Source: a virus
Taxonomy: Duplodnaviria > Caudoviricetes
DNA: 64,000 nucleotides
Strand: one strand, 5' to 3'
IMG/VR virus record: IMGVR_UViG_3300028833_000071
Positions 1 to 9,824 of this stretch are shown piece after piece. The notes beneath the pieces were generated by a model that saw only the letters and a list, made by a program, of their open reading frames with translations, was not told the origin of the DNA and ran no database searches. A program made the translations under genes and the position numbers. Numbering within the stretch: the stretch's first letter is position 1; every line of letters starts with the position of its first letter.

Positions 1-1
1 A

Positions 2-259
2 TTTTCAGCCGATTGGTGTCAGCCGTGTAAACTATTAGGCCAACGTTTGCAAAATCTTGATAACGAGAAGATTGGTAATGTGCTGTTTGGTGAGGTTGAA
101 ATCAGTGAAAATGAAGATTGTGAACAATTGGCTGAAATGTATGGCGTATCAAATATTCCATGTATGGCTTATTTCAAGAACAAAGAAATCGTTGATGTCA
201 GTACAGGTCTTGTGTCATTGGATGATGTATATAATCGTGTTAATAAATTGATTGGATAA
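2..259 (+). CDS. Thioredoxin (5'-truncated by window edge)
   Basis: Frame from position 2 reads FSADWCQPCK (WCxxC) and later YGVSNIP (cis-Pro motif). Confidence 0.9.
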   Translation, partial: FSADWCQPCKLLGQRLQNLDNEKIGNVLFGEVEISENEDCEQLAEMYGVSNIPCMAYFKNKEIVDVSTGLVSLDDVYNRVNKLIG

Positions 260-465
260 TGGTCTGGGTAATTGGAATTATTAAATTTTTATGCTCTGCA
301 ATCGCTTTATTTTGCACATGTGCATTTATATTAAGTTGTATAACAAGCGTAATAAACCCCAATTTTAAAATCGAAAAAGACAAGGTTGTTGATGGTAGTG
401 ATAATGTAAGATATATTTTGGTTATCATATTATCAATAATGTGGGGTGTTGTAATTGCATTGTAA
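259..465 (+). CDS. Small membrane protein
   Basis: Two hydrophobic segments; overlaps upstream stop. Confidence 0.65.
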   Translation: MVWVIGIIKFLCSAIALFCTCAFILSCITSVINPNFKIEKDKVVDGSDNVRYILVIILSIMWGVVIAL

Positions 466-466
466 C

Positions 467-748
467 ATGGAAAATGATAAAGAAAATGTTGAGTGGATGG
501 ATGAAAAAGTAACCAAAATAAAGGGGCATAATTTCTTTTATAAGGTTGTATGCTTTTTCTTGGGCCGATGGTGGAAAAAATTAACATATAAAGATTTATT
601 CCTATTATACTATGGCGTAAATAGAAAATCCATGGGTGAACATAACTCAAGAAAAAAAGCATTGCAATCAATACTTAAAATATATAAGCAAAATAATGGT
701 GATTACCCCCAAATGGTTTCGGAAAATAATAATGAGGAAAATGTTTAG
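467..748 (+). CDS. Hypothetical protein
   Basis: ATG at 467 follows previous stop; ends TAG in frame with next gene. Confidence 0.6.
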   Translation: MENDKENVEWMDEKVTKIKGHNFFYKVVCFFLGRWWKKLTYKDLFLLYYGVNRKSMGEHNSRKKALQSILKIYKQNNGDYPQMVSENNNEENV

Positions 749-751
749 ACT

Positions 752-1507
752 ATGATGAACGGTGATGATTACAGGCATTTTGTCTGTATAGCAGCAGGTG
801 ATAATTCATCAGAATTAATGGAATATTATAACAAAAACAGAAAAGTTGAGCCCTATGTGGTTTATAGGTATGCAGACGCTGAAAAATTAAGGCAGGAATA
901 TATTGCAAATTATCAAGCCATGTTAGAAAAAACAGATAATGAAACTGAGAAAGAATATATTAATAATAGCATTCTGGATTTAAAGGAAATGTCAAACGAT
1001 GATTTCTATTATGATATAACAGAAGATATGACAATTGACCCAAAAACAGGAAATGCAATATCTGATGTAAACAAAGACGGCAAATTTACATATTGCAATA
1101 TCGGTAAAATTTTTAGCGTACCTTTTTTAACAAAAGACGGTAGGGAAATATTTTCAGCCAAAAAAGGTGATATTGATTGGGAAAAAATTCATTTGGCAAA
1201 CGGATACATTTATGAAAGAGCATGGGATATGGTGATGAATGATTCAAAACCCCAAAATGAAGAAGAACAGAAAATTTTTGATAATATGGCTGACAAAAAA
1301 GCCTATTTCAAAAAATTTGAAACAAAAGAAAACTATGTAACGAGTAATACGGCTTTTTGGGGCTATGCTTTTGTGTCAGATAAAACAGGATGGGTTGAAG
1401 CAAGTGAGTGCGAGGACCAATTTTCATGGATGGCAAATTATTATGATGTTTTTATTCGTAATTTAAGTGATGATACATTACTAACAATATATGAATGTGT
1501 TAGATAA
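752..1507 (+). CDS. Hypothetical phage protein
   Basis: 251-aa ORF in operon. Confidence 0.75.
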   Translation: MMNGDDYRHFVCIAAGDNSSELMEYYNKNRKVEPYVVYRYADAEKLRQEYIANYQAMLEKTDNETEKEYINNSILDLKEMSNDDFYYDITEDMTIDPKTGNAISDVNKDGKFTYCNIGKIFSVPFLTKDGREIFSAKKGDIDWEKIHLANGYIYERAWDMVMNDSKPQNEEEQKIFDNMADKKAYFKKFETKENYVTSNTAFWGYAFVSDKTGWVEASECEDQFSWMANYYDVFIRNLSDDTLLTIYECVR

Positions 1508-1508
1508 G

Positions 1509-1534
1509 AAAAGGGAGTATTTAACTCCCTTTTT
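1509..1534. terminator. Bidirectional intrinsic terminator
   Basis: AAAAGGGAG-tatttaa-CTCCCTTTTT between convergent genes. Confidence 0.85.
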
Positions 1535-2996
1535 AAATATCCCATGTTCCACAATTAATATATAAGTCTTCGAAATCAAGTTGATTTTCAATAATTTTAA
1601 CGCCACTTTCATTACCTTCAACGATACCATTAATTGCTTTTTTAGAAATTGAGCATAATTCATTATTCTTAATTGTCCATAATATATAGTAATCTTCAAT
1701 ACCTTGATTGTAATTTCTTATAATTATTGAATCACCATCAACAAGTTCTTTTCTAATCCATTCATTGCCGTCCCATTCATTTATATAGAATTTAATTTCT
1801 TTTTCAGGACTTTCTTCAAATGGTTCAGAAATTGTATAATTTTTACGTCTACTGGAAGTATCCTCTTTACGTAAGCCTGGTATTACATCTTCGCCTACGG
1901 CTAAATTAGTTAACATCCAAACTTTATTACCGAATATTTTTGTCGTATAATCAGTTCCTAAAATGTTTTCAATAGGATTAAAATTATCATTATAATCTTT
2001 TACTAATCTTATTGAATAAAATTGATTTGATTCTTGTAATTTTTGTGCAACGCCATTTTTATTGTATGAAAAGTATTTTATATATTGAGAATCAGGTGTT
2101 TTTTCAGTAGAAGTCCAAAAATAAGCCTCTTCATTTCGTCTACGTATAAAGTAACTATTGCCACTTCTTAAATAATAGCCACATGGAAGTACATTAAAAT
2201 CGACTTCATCAAAACCGCAAGTGCCGTCTTCTGTTATTGCATTATCATTATAAAGCCAATATTGTTCTGATTTTAATATTTGGCCGGCAGAATATCCTAA
2301 AAATTCATTAAGTTCGTCAGAATCATGGTTTTTATGTTCTTCAGTTTCAAAACTATTTAACAAGGTATCCCATTCTTCTTTTGTTGGAATGTGCCATTCG
2401 CTTTCAATCTCAGACAAATAAGTCTTTATTGGTTTAATTGCGGCGAATTGGTATAAATTACCAGTAAATTCGCCAATAGGAGGCGGCAATGTTTCTTCTA
2501 CTTTAGTTAAAGCTCTATATCCAATTTGAGGATTAATAGGGAGTTCACCACCTTCTGTCAAATCCAAATAATCATCCGCAGGGGCATAAACGCCTGTTTT
2601 TTCTGTATTATTCAAGCCCAAAGGATTATTTATTGTGCCATCACCTTTAAGCGTATTATCAGTATATAAAGATGTTGTAAATCCTGAAACAGTTGTTTGT
2701 TCTCCATCGGGATATGTAATTGTGATTTCACCATTTGAAGGGTCATATTCAAATTTTAATGTATCGGGATTTGTTAAATTTAAATTTATAATAAAATCTT
2801 CACCATTTAAGCGTTTTAAAATCAATTTATTGCCTTCCAAGTCAAAAGAAAGAATATCATAGCCTCTAAGTGTATTAAAGTTTAAATCAATTTCTTTGGC
2901 TTTTAAAGCACAATTTTTATTTATATCACCTGGATATATTATACTTTCAGGCAAATCATAATAAGTTACACCGCTTGTTAATATTGTTGTATTCAT
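1533..2996 (-). CDS. Probable virion protein with FISUMP/Fib_succ_major-like (C-lectin fold) domain
   Basis: WHIPTKEEWDTL, FNVLPCGY, AYFWTST, SIRLVKD, VWMLTNL motifs; TLKGDGT..NPL repeat-like segment. Confidence 0.65.
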   Translation of the reverse strand: MNTTILTSGVTYYDLPESIIYPGDINKNCALKAKEIDLNFNTLRGYDILSFDLEGNKLILKRLNGEDFIINLNLTNPDTLKFEYDPSNGEITITYPDGEQTTVSGFTTSLYTDNTLKGDGTINNPLGLNNTEKTGVYAPADDYLDLTEGGELPINPQIGYRALTKVEETLPPPIGEFTGNLYQFAAIKPIKTYLSEIESEWHIPTKEEWDTLLNSFETEEHKNHDSDELNEFLGYSAGQILKSEQYWLYNDNAITEDGTCGFDEVDFNVLPCGYYLRSGNSYFIRRRNEEAYFWTSTEKTPDSQYIKYFSYNKNGVAQKLQESNQFYSIRLVKDYNDNFNPIENILGTDYTTKIFGNKVWMLTNLAVGEDVIPGLRKEDTSSRRKNYTISEPFEESPEKEIKFYINEWDGNEWIRKELVDGDSIIIRNYNQGIEDYYILWTIKNNELCSISKKAINGIVEGNESGVKIIENQLDFEDLYINCGTWDI

Positions 2997-3012
2997 GTTT
3001 GTTATTCTTTAT

Positions 3013-4587
3013 TTATGATAAATAGTTTTTTATTGCACAATAATTAATAACTCCTGAGTATATTTTAAATGATTTAATATCACCGATAAATGTTCCACAA
3101 AAATCTTGTTCAATAGGCCATGGATTTCTTACTTCAGGTCCTTCAAGTGAGAATAAATACTCTAATAAGCCGATAGAACCACCGCCGAGAGATATGTTAT
3201 ATGGAACACCTTCTTGCTTTTGACTGATTTCATCAAGTTCTTTAAATGAAAGCGCATTGAGTTCTCTGCTTATGAATTTCAAAAAGCCGTTGACATATAT
3301 CATTATTCTCATTTTTCTTGTTCTGTTGTCGCATTTGTTATCGGTTGGGTTTATAATTAAGAATCTAACATTGATTGAATTCCATTCATTGTCTTTTATC
3401 ATTCCTGGTTTGGAATACTCTTCAATTACACTATAATGGTTTTCGGCATCACAGTCCAATACGCCATATTTATATCCTATGGCACCTTCAGGTGTTACCC
3501 TTAAAGCAAAAACATTGTTTTTAACATCTTTCAATATGTTATTAACGATTTCTTCCATGATTTCTTCTTCGGTTTTACCCTCCAGTTCATCTATGTTTTC
3601 AATTAATTCGTCAATATTATTAATTGTAAAACCTGTTTCGGTCCTGTTAAGCCATGGAAAATAATTAATATTTTTTCTCTTTTTCCCCTTAACTCGTATT
3701 CTTGTACCTTCAATCCAATTATTAACAGTAAAGCCTGTTTTGGTACGGTTAAACATTAGAAACTTATTATCTGAATCATTGATAATATATTCCGTTTGCT
3801 CATCTATTGGATTACCATCAGAGTCGGTATATGGCGGGGTTATTGTAGAACAACTTTCAGCATCATTGTTGTAATAGCCATCGTCAAAATAATTTTCATC
3901 TTTAGGCGGTAATGGTAAAGTTTCTTCGCCTGAGTATAACTTCCAAAATTTATTTTCAGCTCTTGTACCGAGATAGAAGAAAATACCTGAGTTATCTGTA
4001 TGTGTATTGTTTACCGAGTTTTCAGCAATTTCATAATCACTTCTTGGCCTTAAATCAAAATGCAAAACAATATCATTGACAATCTTATCAGGAAATACTT
4101 GATAATCATATCCATGAAGTTTGAAAAAGCCTTGATAAAAGCCACCTTTAAATGACATATATTTCTTATCACCATCAGTAACTAATTCAGTATCATAAGA
4201 ATATAGCTTAGTATTGCTTTCAATCGGCGATAAAAACATTCTTGTATCACCTGATTCAATTTTATATGTTGATTTAAGAAATATATTGAGAAAATCATCA
4301 TCTGTTATGCGGTCCTTGTCAAAATGAATAAAACCATTATCAATGCCCGTCATACCAATATTATTCATTTCAACACCATTGTTTGTTGAACCACTCCACT
4401 CTATAGATGAATACCATTTACCATCATCAAATGAAAAGTCGGAAAAATCGGCAATTACCATGTCATTTAAATCCCCACTACACCCACAAAATGTCTCACC
4501 TTTGTAAATCATAAAATCATAATAATGCTGATTGTATAACTTAGAGTCTAATTGCTTGTCATATTTATTTTTAATGTTTTGATGCAT
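3013..4587 (-). CDS. Probable structural protein with C-terminal LamG/concanavalin-like segment
   Basis: 524 aa; IMIYVNG..ISLGGG..FIGDIKSFKIY pattern; upstream ACTATTTAT. Confidence 0.5.
   Translation of the reverse strand: MHQNIKNKYDKQLDSKLYNQHYYDFMIYKGETFCGCSGDLNDMVIADFSDFSFDDGKWYSSIEWSGSTNNGVEMNNIGMTGIDNGFIHFDKDRITDDDFLNIFLKSTYKIESGDTRMFLSPIESNTKLYSYDTELVTDGDKKYMSFKGGFYQGFFKLHGYDYQVFPDKIVNDIVLHFDLRPRSDYEIAENSVNNTHTDNSGIFFYLGTRAENKFWKLYSGEETLPLPPKDENYFDDGYYNNDAESCSTITPPYTDSDGNPIDEQTEYIINDSDNKFLMFNRTKTGFTVNNWIEGTRIRVKGKKRKNINYFPWLNRTETGFTINNIDELIENIDELEGKTEEEIMEEIVNNILKDVKNNVFALRVTPEGAIGYKYGVLDCDAENHYSVIEEYSKPGMIKDNEWNSINVRFLIINPTDNKCDNRTRKMRIMIYVNGFLKFISRELNALSFKELDEISQKQEGVPYNISLGGGSIGLLEYLFSLEGPEVRNPWPIEQDFCGTFIGDIKSFKIYSGVINYCAIKNYLS
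3018..3026 (-). promoter_or_regulatory. ACTATTTAT putative late promoter
   Basis: Same motif on the minus strand at 4619, 5315, 12608, 24936, 27430 and on plus at 36285, each just upstream of a co-oriented gene. Confidence 0.65.
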
Positions 4588-4618
4588 TACCGTATTTAAA
4601 TTAAAAATTATTCCATTT

Positions 4619-4627
4619 ATAAATAGT
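4619..4627 (-). promoter_or_regulatory. ACTATTTAT putative late promoter
   Basis: About 30 nt upstream of 3013..4587. Confidence 0.65.
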
Positions 4628-4679
4628 TTGGCTAATGCTTTTGTTTGAGCAATTCTATATCACTTAACATAAAAAAAGA

Positions 4680-4703
4680 AAAGCGTCCCAATCGGAACGC
4701 TTT
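4680..4703 (-). terminator. Intrinsic terminator
   Basis: AAAGCGT(C/T)C hairpin with T-run on minus strand downstream of 4772..5314. Confidence 0.65.
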
Positions 4704-4771
4704 CAGCGTATGTTTGAAACTTCAATCGGCTTGGTCAAACCGAATAGGGTGTTTGTGTTGTGCAGAGCGGC

Positions 4772-5314
4772 TTAAATACCCATATCCATAAGCTCACGGT
4801 TTGCACTTCCTTTACGATGTAAAAGACGAGAATCTGCTTGCTTTCCGTATTTTGCAGCCTCTTTTTGGCGTTTCCATTGTTTATCAAATTTCTGTTTTAG
4901 TAATGTGAATGGGTCGTCTACATCAACATCCTGTACATATTGTTTTGCTTTTTTACGATAATCTTGAGTAAAATCAACGGAACTATCTTTAGGATGTCTA
5001 ATTTCATATTCTTTTTCGAGAATCGAAAATCTATTAGATATGGCGTTGTAAATTTTAGTCCACGCATATTTGTCATAACCATATGAAGCTTCTAAGTCAG
5101 AAAACCAACCCATACCACTGTCGCCAAATTCACATATTTCTGCATCGTAATCGCCATTTATAATTTGAGAGCAAAAATTATCTATGTGATTGTATTTGTT
5201 TTCTCTCAGCACTTTTTTCACAGATTCATTGACGATTTGGTGTAATTGGCTTTCTGTAAGTCTAATAACTTGTTTTCTATTCATATTTTGAATTTTATTC
5301 ATCTTATTTTTCAT
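4772..5314 (-). CDS. Protein with N-terminal LTE-helix tag (putative head-packaged protein)
   Basis: QVIRLTESQLHQIVNESVKKVLRE; ATG directly follows ACTATTTAT (5315-5323). Confidence 0.65.
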   Translation of the reverse strand: MKNKMNKIQNMNRKQVIRLTESQLHQIVNESVKKVLRENKYNHIDNFCSQIINGDYDAEICEFGDSGMGWFSDLEASYGYDKYAWTKIYNAISNRFSILEKEYEIRHPKDSSVDFTQDYRKKAKQYVQDVDVDDPFTLLKQKFDKQWKRQKEAAKYGKQADSRLLHRKGSANRELMDMGI

Positions 5315-5386
5315 ATAAATAGTATGAAGTTTTGAATTTTTCAGATTTTTTTCGTATATTAAAAAAGGACATTTAAAAATTAAGCG

Positions 5387-5980
5387 ATGTTTAAAAATTT
5401 GACTATTGGTATTGATGTTGACGGAGTTTTGAGGGATAATCTTCAAATCATGGTTGACTTGTATAACAAGGAGTTTAATAGTTCTATGACTGTTGACGAT
5501 ATAAAAGATTATCGGACAGAGGTAACATTTCCATCCATAGAAACAACCACAGGAAAAACAGCAAGCGAATGGTTTTTTCAGGACCATTCCAAAGAAATAT
5601 TCTTAAATGCAAGCCCATTTCCAAATGTAGCTGATGATATTAAGAAACTTAGAGAATATGCAAATGTTATTATTATAACATATCAAAAATCGTTTAAAAA
5701 CAAGATGGAAACTCTATGTTGGCTTGAAAACAACGGGATAGAATATGACGGGATTATGTTTATAAAAGATAAAACAAGACTGTTGTGTGATTATTTGATT
5801 GACGACAATGATTGGAATTTTATTGATTCCAATGCTACACACGCTATTTTAATTAATGCGCCATATAATAAAAACAAAACCGTTATAAATATGCTTAAAA
5901 ATAGCGGTTGTGACGATATGAAAAGATATGATAGTTTTCACGAATTTGTTAATGATTTCTGCGAAGCACAAAAAATTTAA
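5387..5980 (+). CDS. HAD-family 5'(3')-deoxyribonucleotidase (NT5C-like)
   Basis: IGIDVDGVL motif I, LIDD motif, APYN. Confidence 0.85.
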   Translation: MFKNLTIGIDVDGVLRDNLQIMVDLYNKEFNSSMTVDDIKDYRTEVTFPSIETTTGKTASEWFFQDHSKEIFLNASPFPNVADDIKKLREYANVIIITYQKSFKNKMETLCWLENNGIEYDGIMFIKDKTRLLCDYLIDDNDWNFIDSNATHAILINAPYNKNKTVINMLKNSGCDDMKRYDSFHEFVNDFCEAQKI

Positions 5981-5985
5981 AAACA

Positions 5986-6945
5986 ATGGAAAACAATAAG
6001 TTAAGACAAAGATTCGTTAAGGATTATAATCTACCCATCAATGTATTTGATGAAAAAATTTTCAATTATTATTCAAATCTTTATGATTTTTTCCCAAAAG
6101 ATAAATGGGAGAATTTAAAAACAATGATTGACGAGAAATATGATGGCAATGTTGAGAAGTGGCTTGAATATTGCGCTTCAGTAAGAGATAATGCCATTTA
6201 TGGGGTTATTGAAACAGATAAGTATAAGGAGTTTAATAATTGTGATTTATCTCAATATAAAGTATCTTCTGTTGTTGGTGAGCATAGTTGTTATACCAAT
6301 GAGACTGATGGTTGTCTTTTTGTTTCAATTGATTTAAAGAAAGCAAATTTTCAGGCATTGAAGTATGTTGGTGTGCTTGATGATGAAGATTATGACCATT
6401 TTATTGAAAAGTATGATGGTGATGATTATATAAAGGGAAGCAAATACCTAAGACAGGTTATATTTGGCAAGATGAATCCTGGCCGAACTATAACAGTTGA
6501 AAAATATATAATGGGAAAGATAATGCCAATTGCTGATGAAATATTACCATTTGACTTTAAATTATATTTATATTCCCAAAATAGTGATGAACTTGTATAT
6601 AAGCAGTCTGATACATGGATATATCCCGATAAACTAAAAGAATTTTGTGAAAAAATTGAGGAAAGAGTTTTAAATGAACTTAACATTGAAGTTCGTGCTG
6701 AATACATTAAGGTTACAAAATTACCAATAGTTAATATAAATGGTAATAATGTTGATGCATTTGTCCGTGAGAATTTAATTACCAATGAGAAAGTTCTCAA
6801 AAAGGCTTCAACAACATTTTATCCACAGATATATAAATTATGGAAAAATCTTGCAATTGAGGATAATGACCTTATATTTTACTTTGAAGACCAATTAGCA
6901 CATTTTAATAATAAATTAATAAAAATCAATAATGGAAACAAATAA
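5986..6945 (+). CDS. Conserved phage protein with polymerase-palm-like motifs
   Basis: FVSIDLKKANFQAL and QNSDELV. Confidence 0.45.
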   Translation: MENNKLRQRFVKDYNLPINVFDEKIFNYYSNLYDFFPKDKWENLKTMIDEKYDGNVEKWLEYCASVRDNAIYGVIETDKYKEFNNCDLSQYKVSSVVGEHSCYTNETDGCLFVSIDLKKANFQALKYVGVLDDEDYDHFIEKYDGDDYIKGSKYLRQVIFGKMNPGRTITVEKYIMGKIMPIADEILPFDFKLYLYSQNSDELVYKQSDTWIYPDKLKEFCEKIEERVLNELNIEVRAEYIKVTKLPIVNINGNNVDAFVRENLITNEKVLKKASTTFYPQIYKLWKNLAIEDNDLIFYFEDQLAHFNNKLIKINNGNK

Positions 6946-7220
6946 TGACATAATAAAAAACGATGAAGGAAATAGGATTACTTGACGATTTATTTTTTGT
7001 TTATGGTGAAAAAGGTTTTAAATATAAGCATTGTCGTACACCAAGAATGTATACTTATATTGAAGTTAATTTTATAAAACAGCAAAATTTTTTTTCTAAA
7101 TTTCAAAATCCATGTAGACGCGACAAGACAAAAGTTAATTTGGTGATTGCAAAACAAAAAATTTAAAAAAATTGTATATTTAAGAAAAAAAATGTATATT
7201 AGTATAAAAAATAATTATTT

Positions 7221-8336
7221 ATGTTTAACGAATTCAAAATTTTTAAAAACATTAATCTACCATTTGACAAATCAAGCACATATGGTGATGTCGATGGTAT
7301 CTCATTACAAAATTTGTTTTATGCAAGGAATGGATGTTTTCCTGGGTGCTATCTGTTTGATTATGATTCAAGAACCAATGGTGATTATAAATTTAACACC
7401 AAGGAAATAGCGAAATATCTCTTGGAAAATACACCAAAAGATGAGGACATGGAATTTATTCCTTATTTTACTAATATTCTTGGCAGTAAAGATGATAAGA
7501 CAAATTTCGGTTTTTGCATTATACTTAACAAAAGTAATTTGTATGCAAGATTTGAAACTTCGGTGACTGAATCTTATATTTTGTTTGATAACAAGCATAT
7601 TGACGAGCTAAATAGTTTTGTTGAACACATTTTGCAGTTTTATATTGCTCCTGAGGAAGAGGAAAATAACATTTGGCGTTTGTGTCAAAGTTCTTCCGGA
7701 TTTTATCTTGACAAGGGAAAAGTTAAGGTATATCAGAACTTCGATATACATAAGTTATATAATGACGGTTTTGAGACCGAAGATGAAAAAATCAGCAAGT
7801 TTATTGCAGAAGACGATAAATCGGGCCTTGTTATTCTTCATGGAGAAAAGGGTACGGGCAAAACCTCTTATATTAAACATCTTGTCAACTCTTATCCTAA
7901 TAGGAAGTTCGTCTATGTACCTGCACATATGATTAATATTTTGAGTGAACCTGCATTTGGCTCATTCCTTATAACATTAAATAACCATGTTATTGTGCTT
8001 GAGGATTGTGAAAACGCCATAAGAGATAGACGTGCAAGTGGTTCAGCATCAGCAGTTTCCTTGCTGCTTAATATGACAGATGGATTGCTTTCTGATGACC
8101 TTGGAATTAAATTTATATGCACTTTCAATGAAGATATGAAAAATATAGACCCAGCACTTTTAAGAAAGGGTAGATTGATGGCTAAATATGAGTTTAAGGA
8201 ATTGGCTATTGATAAATCAGAAGCACTTCTTAGAGAGCGTGGTATCGAAACCAAACTTAATAAGCCCATTACACTTGCGGAAATATTCCATTATGGTGAG
8301 ACTGATTATGAAACTTCTAAAAAACCACTTATTTAA
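7221..8336 (+). CDS. AAA+ ATPase
   Basis: Walker A GEKGTGKT, Walker B IVLEDCE, SRH IDPALLRKGR. Confidence 0.9.
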   Translation: MFNEFKIFKNINLPFDKSSTYGDVDGISLQNLFYARNGCFPGCYLFDYDSRTNGDYKFNTKEIAKYLLENTPKDEDMEFIPYFTNILGSKDDKTNFGFCIILNKSNLYARFETSVTESYILFDNKHIDELNSFVEHILQFYIAPEEEENNIWRLCQSSSGFYLDKGKVKVYQNFDIHKLYNDGFETEDEKISKFIAEDDKSGLVILHGEKGTGKTSYIKHLVNSYPNRKFVYVPAHMINILSEPAFGSFLITLNNHVIVLEDCENAIRDRRASGSASAVSLLLNMTDGLLSDDLGIKFICTFNEDMKNIDPALLRKGRLMAKYEFKELAIDKSEALLRERGIETKLNKPITLAEIFHYGETDYETSKKPLI

Positions 8337-8339
8337 TAT

Positions 8340-8558
8340 ATGGCAAAGAAAGATTTAATTGTAGAAGAAGGTGTTGTCGTACAGGCACTTCCAAATGCAA
8401 TGTTTAAAGTTGAACTCGACAGTGCTGAAATAACACTTTTATGTGTTATCAGTGGAAAAATTAGACAAAATTATATCCGAATATTGGAAGGTGATAGGGT
8501 CCGTGTTGAAATTTCTCCTTATGACCTTACAAGAGGACGTATAGTAGCAAGATTATAA
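8340..8558 (+). CDS. infA: Translation initiation factor IF-1
   Basis: [58 protein letters not shown]. Confidence 0.97.
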   Translation: MAKKDLIVEEGVVVQALPNAMFKVELDSAEITLLCVISGKIRQNYIRILEGDRVRVEISPYDLTRGRIVARL

Positions 8559-8578
8559 TTTTAAAAAAAGTATAAAAT

Positions 8579-8965
8579 ATGTTAGAAAGTTTATTGAAAT
8601 TATTTGAAAGGCACCAAAGTATGCCTGATGGTTACGATGAGCAATTTGAAGATGATTTGGCTTCCGTATTTGGATTAAAGCCAATCCAGTTCTATATGCC
8701 ATCAACAATTGGAGATTATAGTTTTAAAACTAAAGATGATGGCTATGAATTCTCAATGGCTGTCGGTTTAAAGGCTACCTCTGATAATGTCAAGATTGAC
8801 CTTGATAAGAATAACAATCTTAGTGTTAAATATTCATTCAAGGATGACAATTCAGAACATATCACAAGTATAAAAAGAACGCTTCCGAAGGATGCTGACC
8901 TTGATACTCTTGATGCGGAAATTAGGCACGGACAGTTGATTATTACAGTTAAACGCAATGCTTAA
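8579..8965 (+). CDS. Small heat-shock protein (Hsp20/alpha-crystallin)
   Basis: KRTLPKDADLDTLDAEIRHGQLIITV C-terminal signature. Confidence 0.75.
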   Translation: MLESLLKLFERHQSMPDGYDEQFEDDLASVFGLKPIQFYMPSTIGDYSFKTKDDGYEFSMAVGLKATSDNVKIDLDKNNNLSVKYSFKDDNSEHITSIKRTLPKDADLDTLDAEIRHGQLIITVKRNA

Positions 8966-8970
8966 AAATG

Positions 8971-9004
8971 AAAAAGGGTGGCGAAATCGTCACCCTTTAT
9001 TTTT
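8971..9004. terminator. Bidirectional intrinsic terminator
   Basis: AAAAAGGGTGGCGA-aa-TCGTCACCCTTT between convergent genes. Confidence 0.85.
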
Positions 9005-9023
9005 GACAATCTATTAGGTTTTA

Positions 9024-9824
9024 TTAATAAAGTTCTATAACGACACTTCCATTACTTGTGTCGGCTTCTATAAATGTTCGTTCACTTTCAAGCGCTTGGG
9101 CTAACATTCTAACATTGATATAATTTTCAATTGTTTCTTTTGGCGCATTTTCAATATCACCATACATTTGGTTAATTATTTCTTCACCAAGGGCTTCGTC
9201 ATCATCTTCATCAACGCCAAATTCTTGATAAATACTTTCAGAGTCTTCATTATATGGGCCATCCCATGAACATTCACGCCCAAATCTTTCATAATCAAAA
9301 TAGTATTCAAGATTACTAAAGCTTTCAGGCCCTGATTCGTCAAGATATTGATATACAACATCTTCAACACTATCACAATTATAATGGACGGTATAATCTT
9401 GATTATTTAATATATTCATTGCTTCATTTGCATCGTCACAATAATCCGCAATGGCTTCTTTTATAGAATAATCTTCATCTATATTGATAAAATCCCAAAG
9501 TTCGTCTGAAATATAACTTTCACTAATAAATCCTTCAGGGATATTTTCCCAGTCTTGGAACATTAATTCGGCATCTCTTTCATCTGCATGAAGCGTTTCT
9601 CTACAATATTCAAGAAATTCTTCTCTTGAGTCAAAATTATCAAGATTAACCCATTCGCCTTTTAATGAACCTGAATTATACTTTCCATAAGTACCCACAT
9701 ATACAGCAGGACTATCATTTGAAGCCCTATATTGTTCTTTCAATATTTTAACGGCACGTTTTACCATGTACCTTATGTCTTGCTCTGTGATTTGCATTTT
9801 ATTGTTTTTCATTTTATATTGCAT
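9024..9824 (-). CDS. ardA: ArdA-family antirestriction DNA mimic with N-terminal helix tag
   Basis: AVYVGTYGKYNSGSLKGEW, ELMFQDWENIP, YFDYERFGRE; very acidic. Confidence 0.88.
   Translation of the reverse strand: MQYKMKNNKMQITEQDIRYMVKRAVKILKEQYRASNDSPAVYVGTYGKYNSGSLKGEWVNLDNFDSREEFLEYCRETLHADERDAELMFQDWENIPEGFISESYISDELWDFINIDEDYSIKEAIADYCDDANEAMNILNNQDYTVHYNCDSVEDVVYQYLDESGPESFSNLEYYFDYERFGRECSWDGPYNEDSESIYQEFGVDEDDDEALGEEIINQMYGDIENAPKETIENYINVRMLAQALESERTFIEADTSNGSVVIELY

Noticed and set aside
4704-4771. GC-richer 3' UTR as a possible ncRNA
   Set aside because: Only one modest hairpin (TCGGCTTG/CAAACCGA) and no second copy or recognisable family.
5315-5587. N-terminal 90 aa of ORF 4772..5587
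   Set aside because: Antisense overlap with the nucleotidase; the promoter motif places the start at or below 5314.
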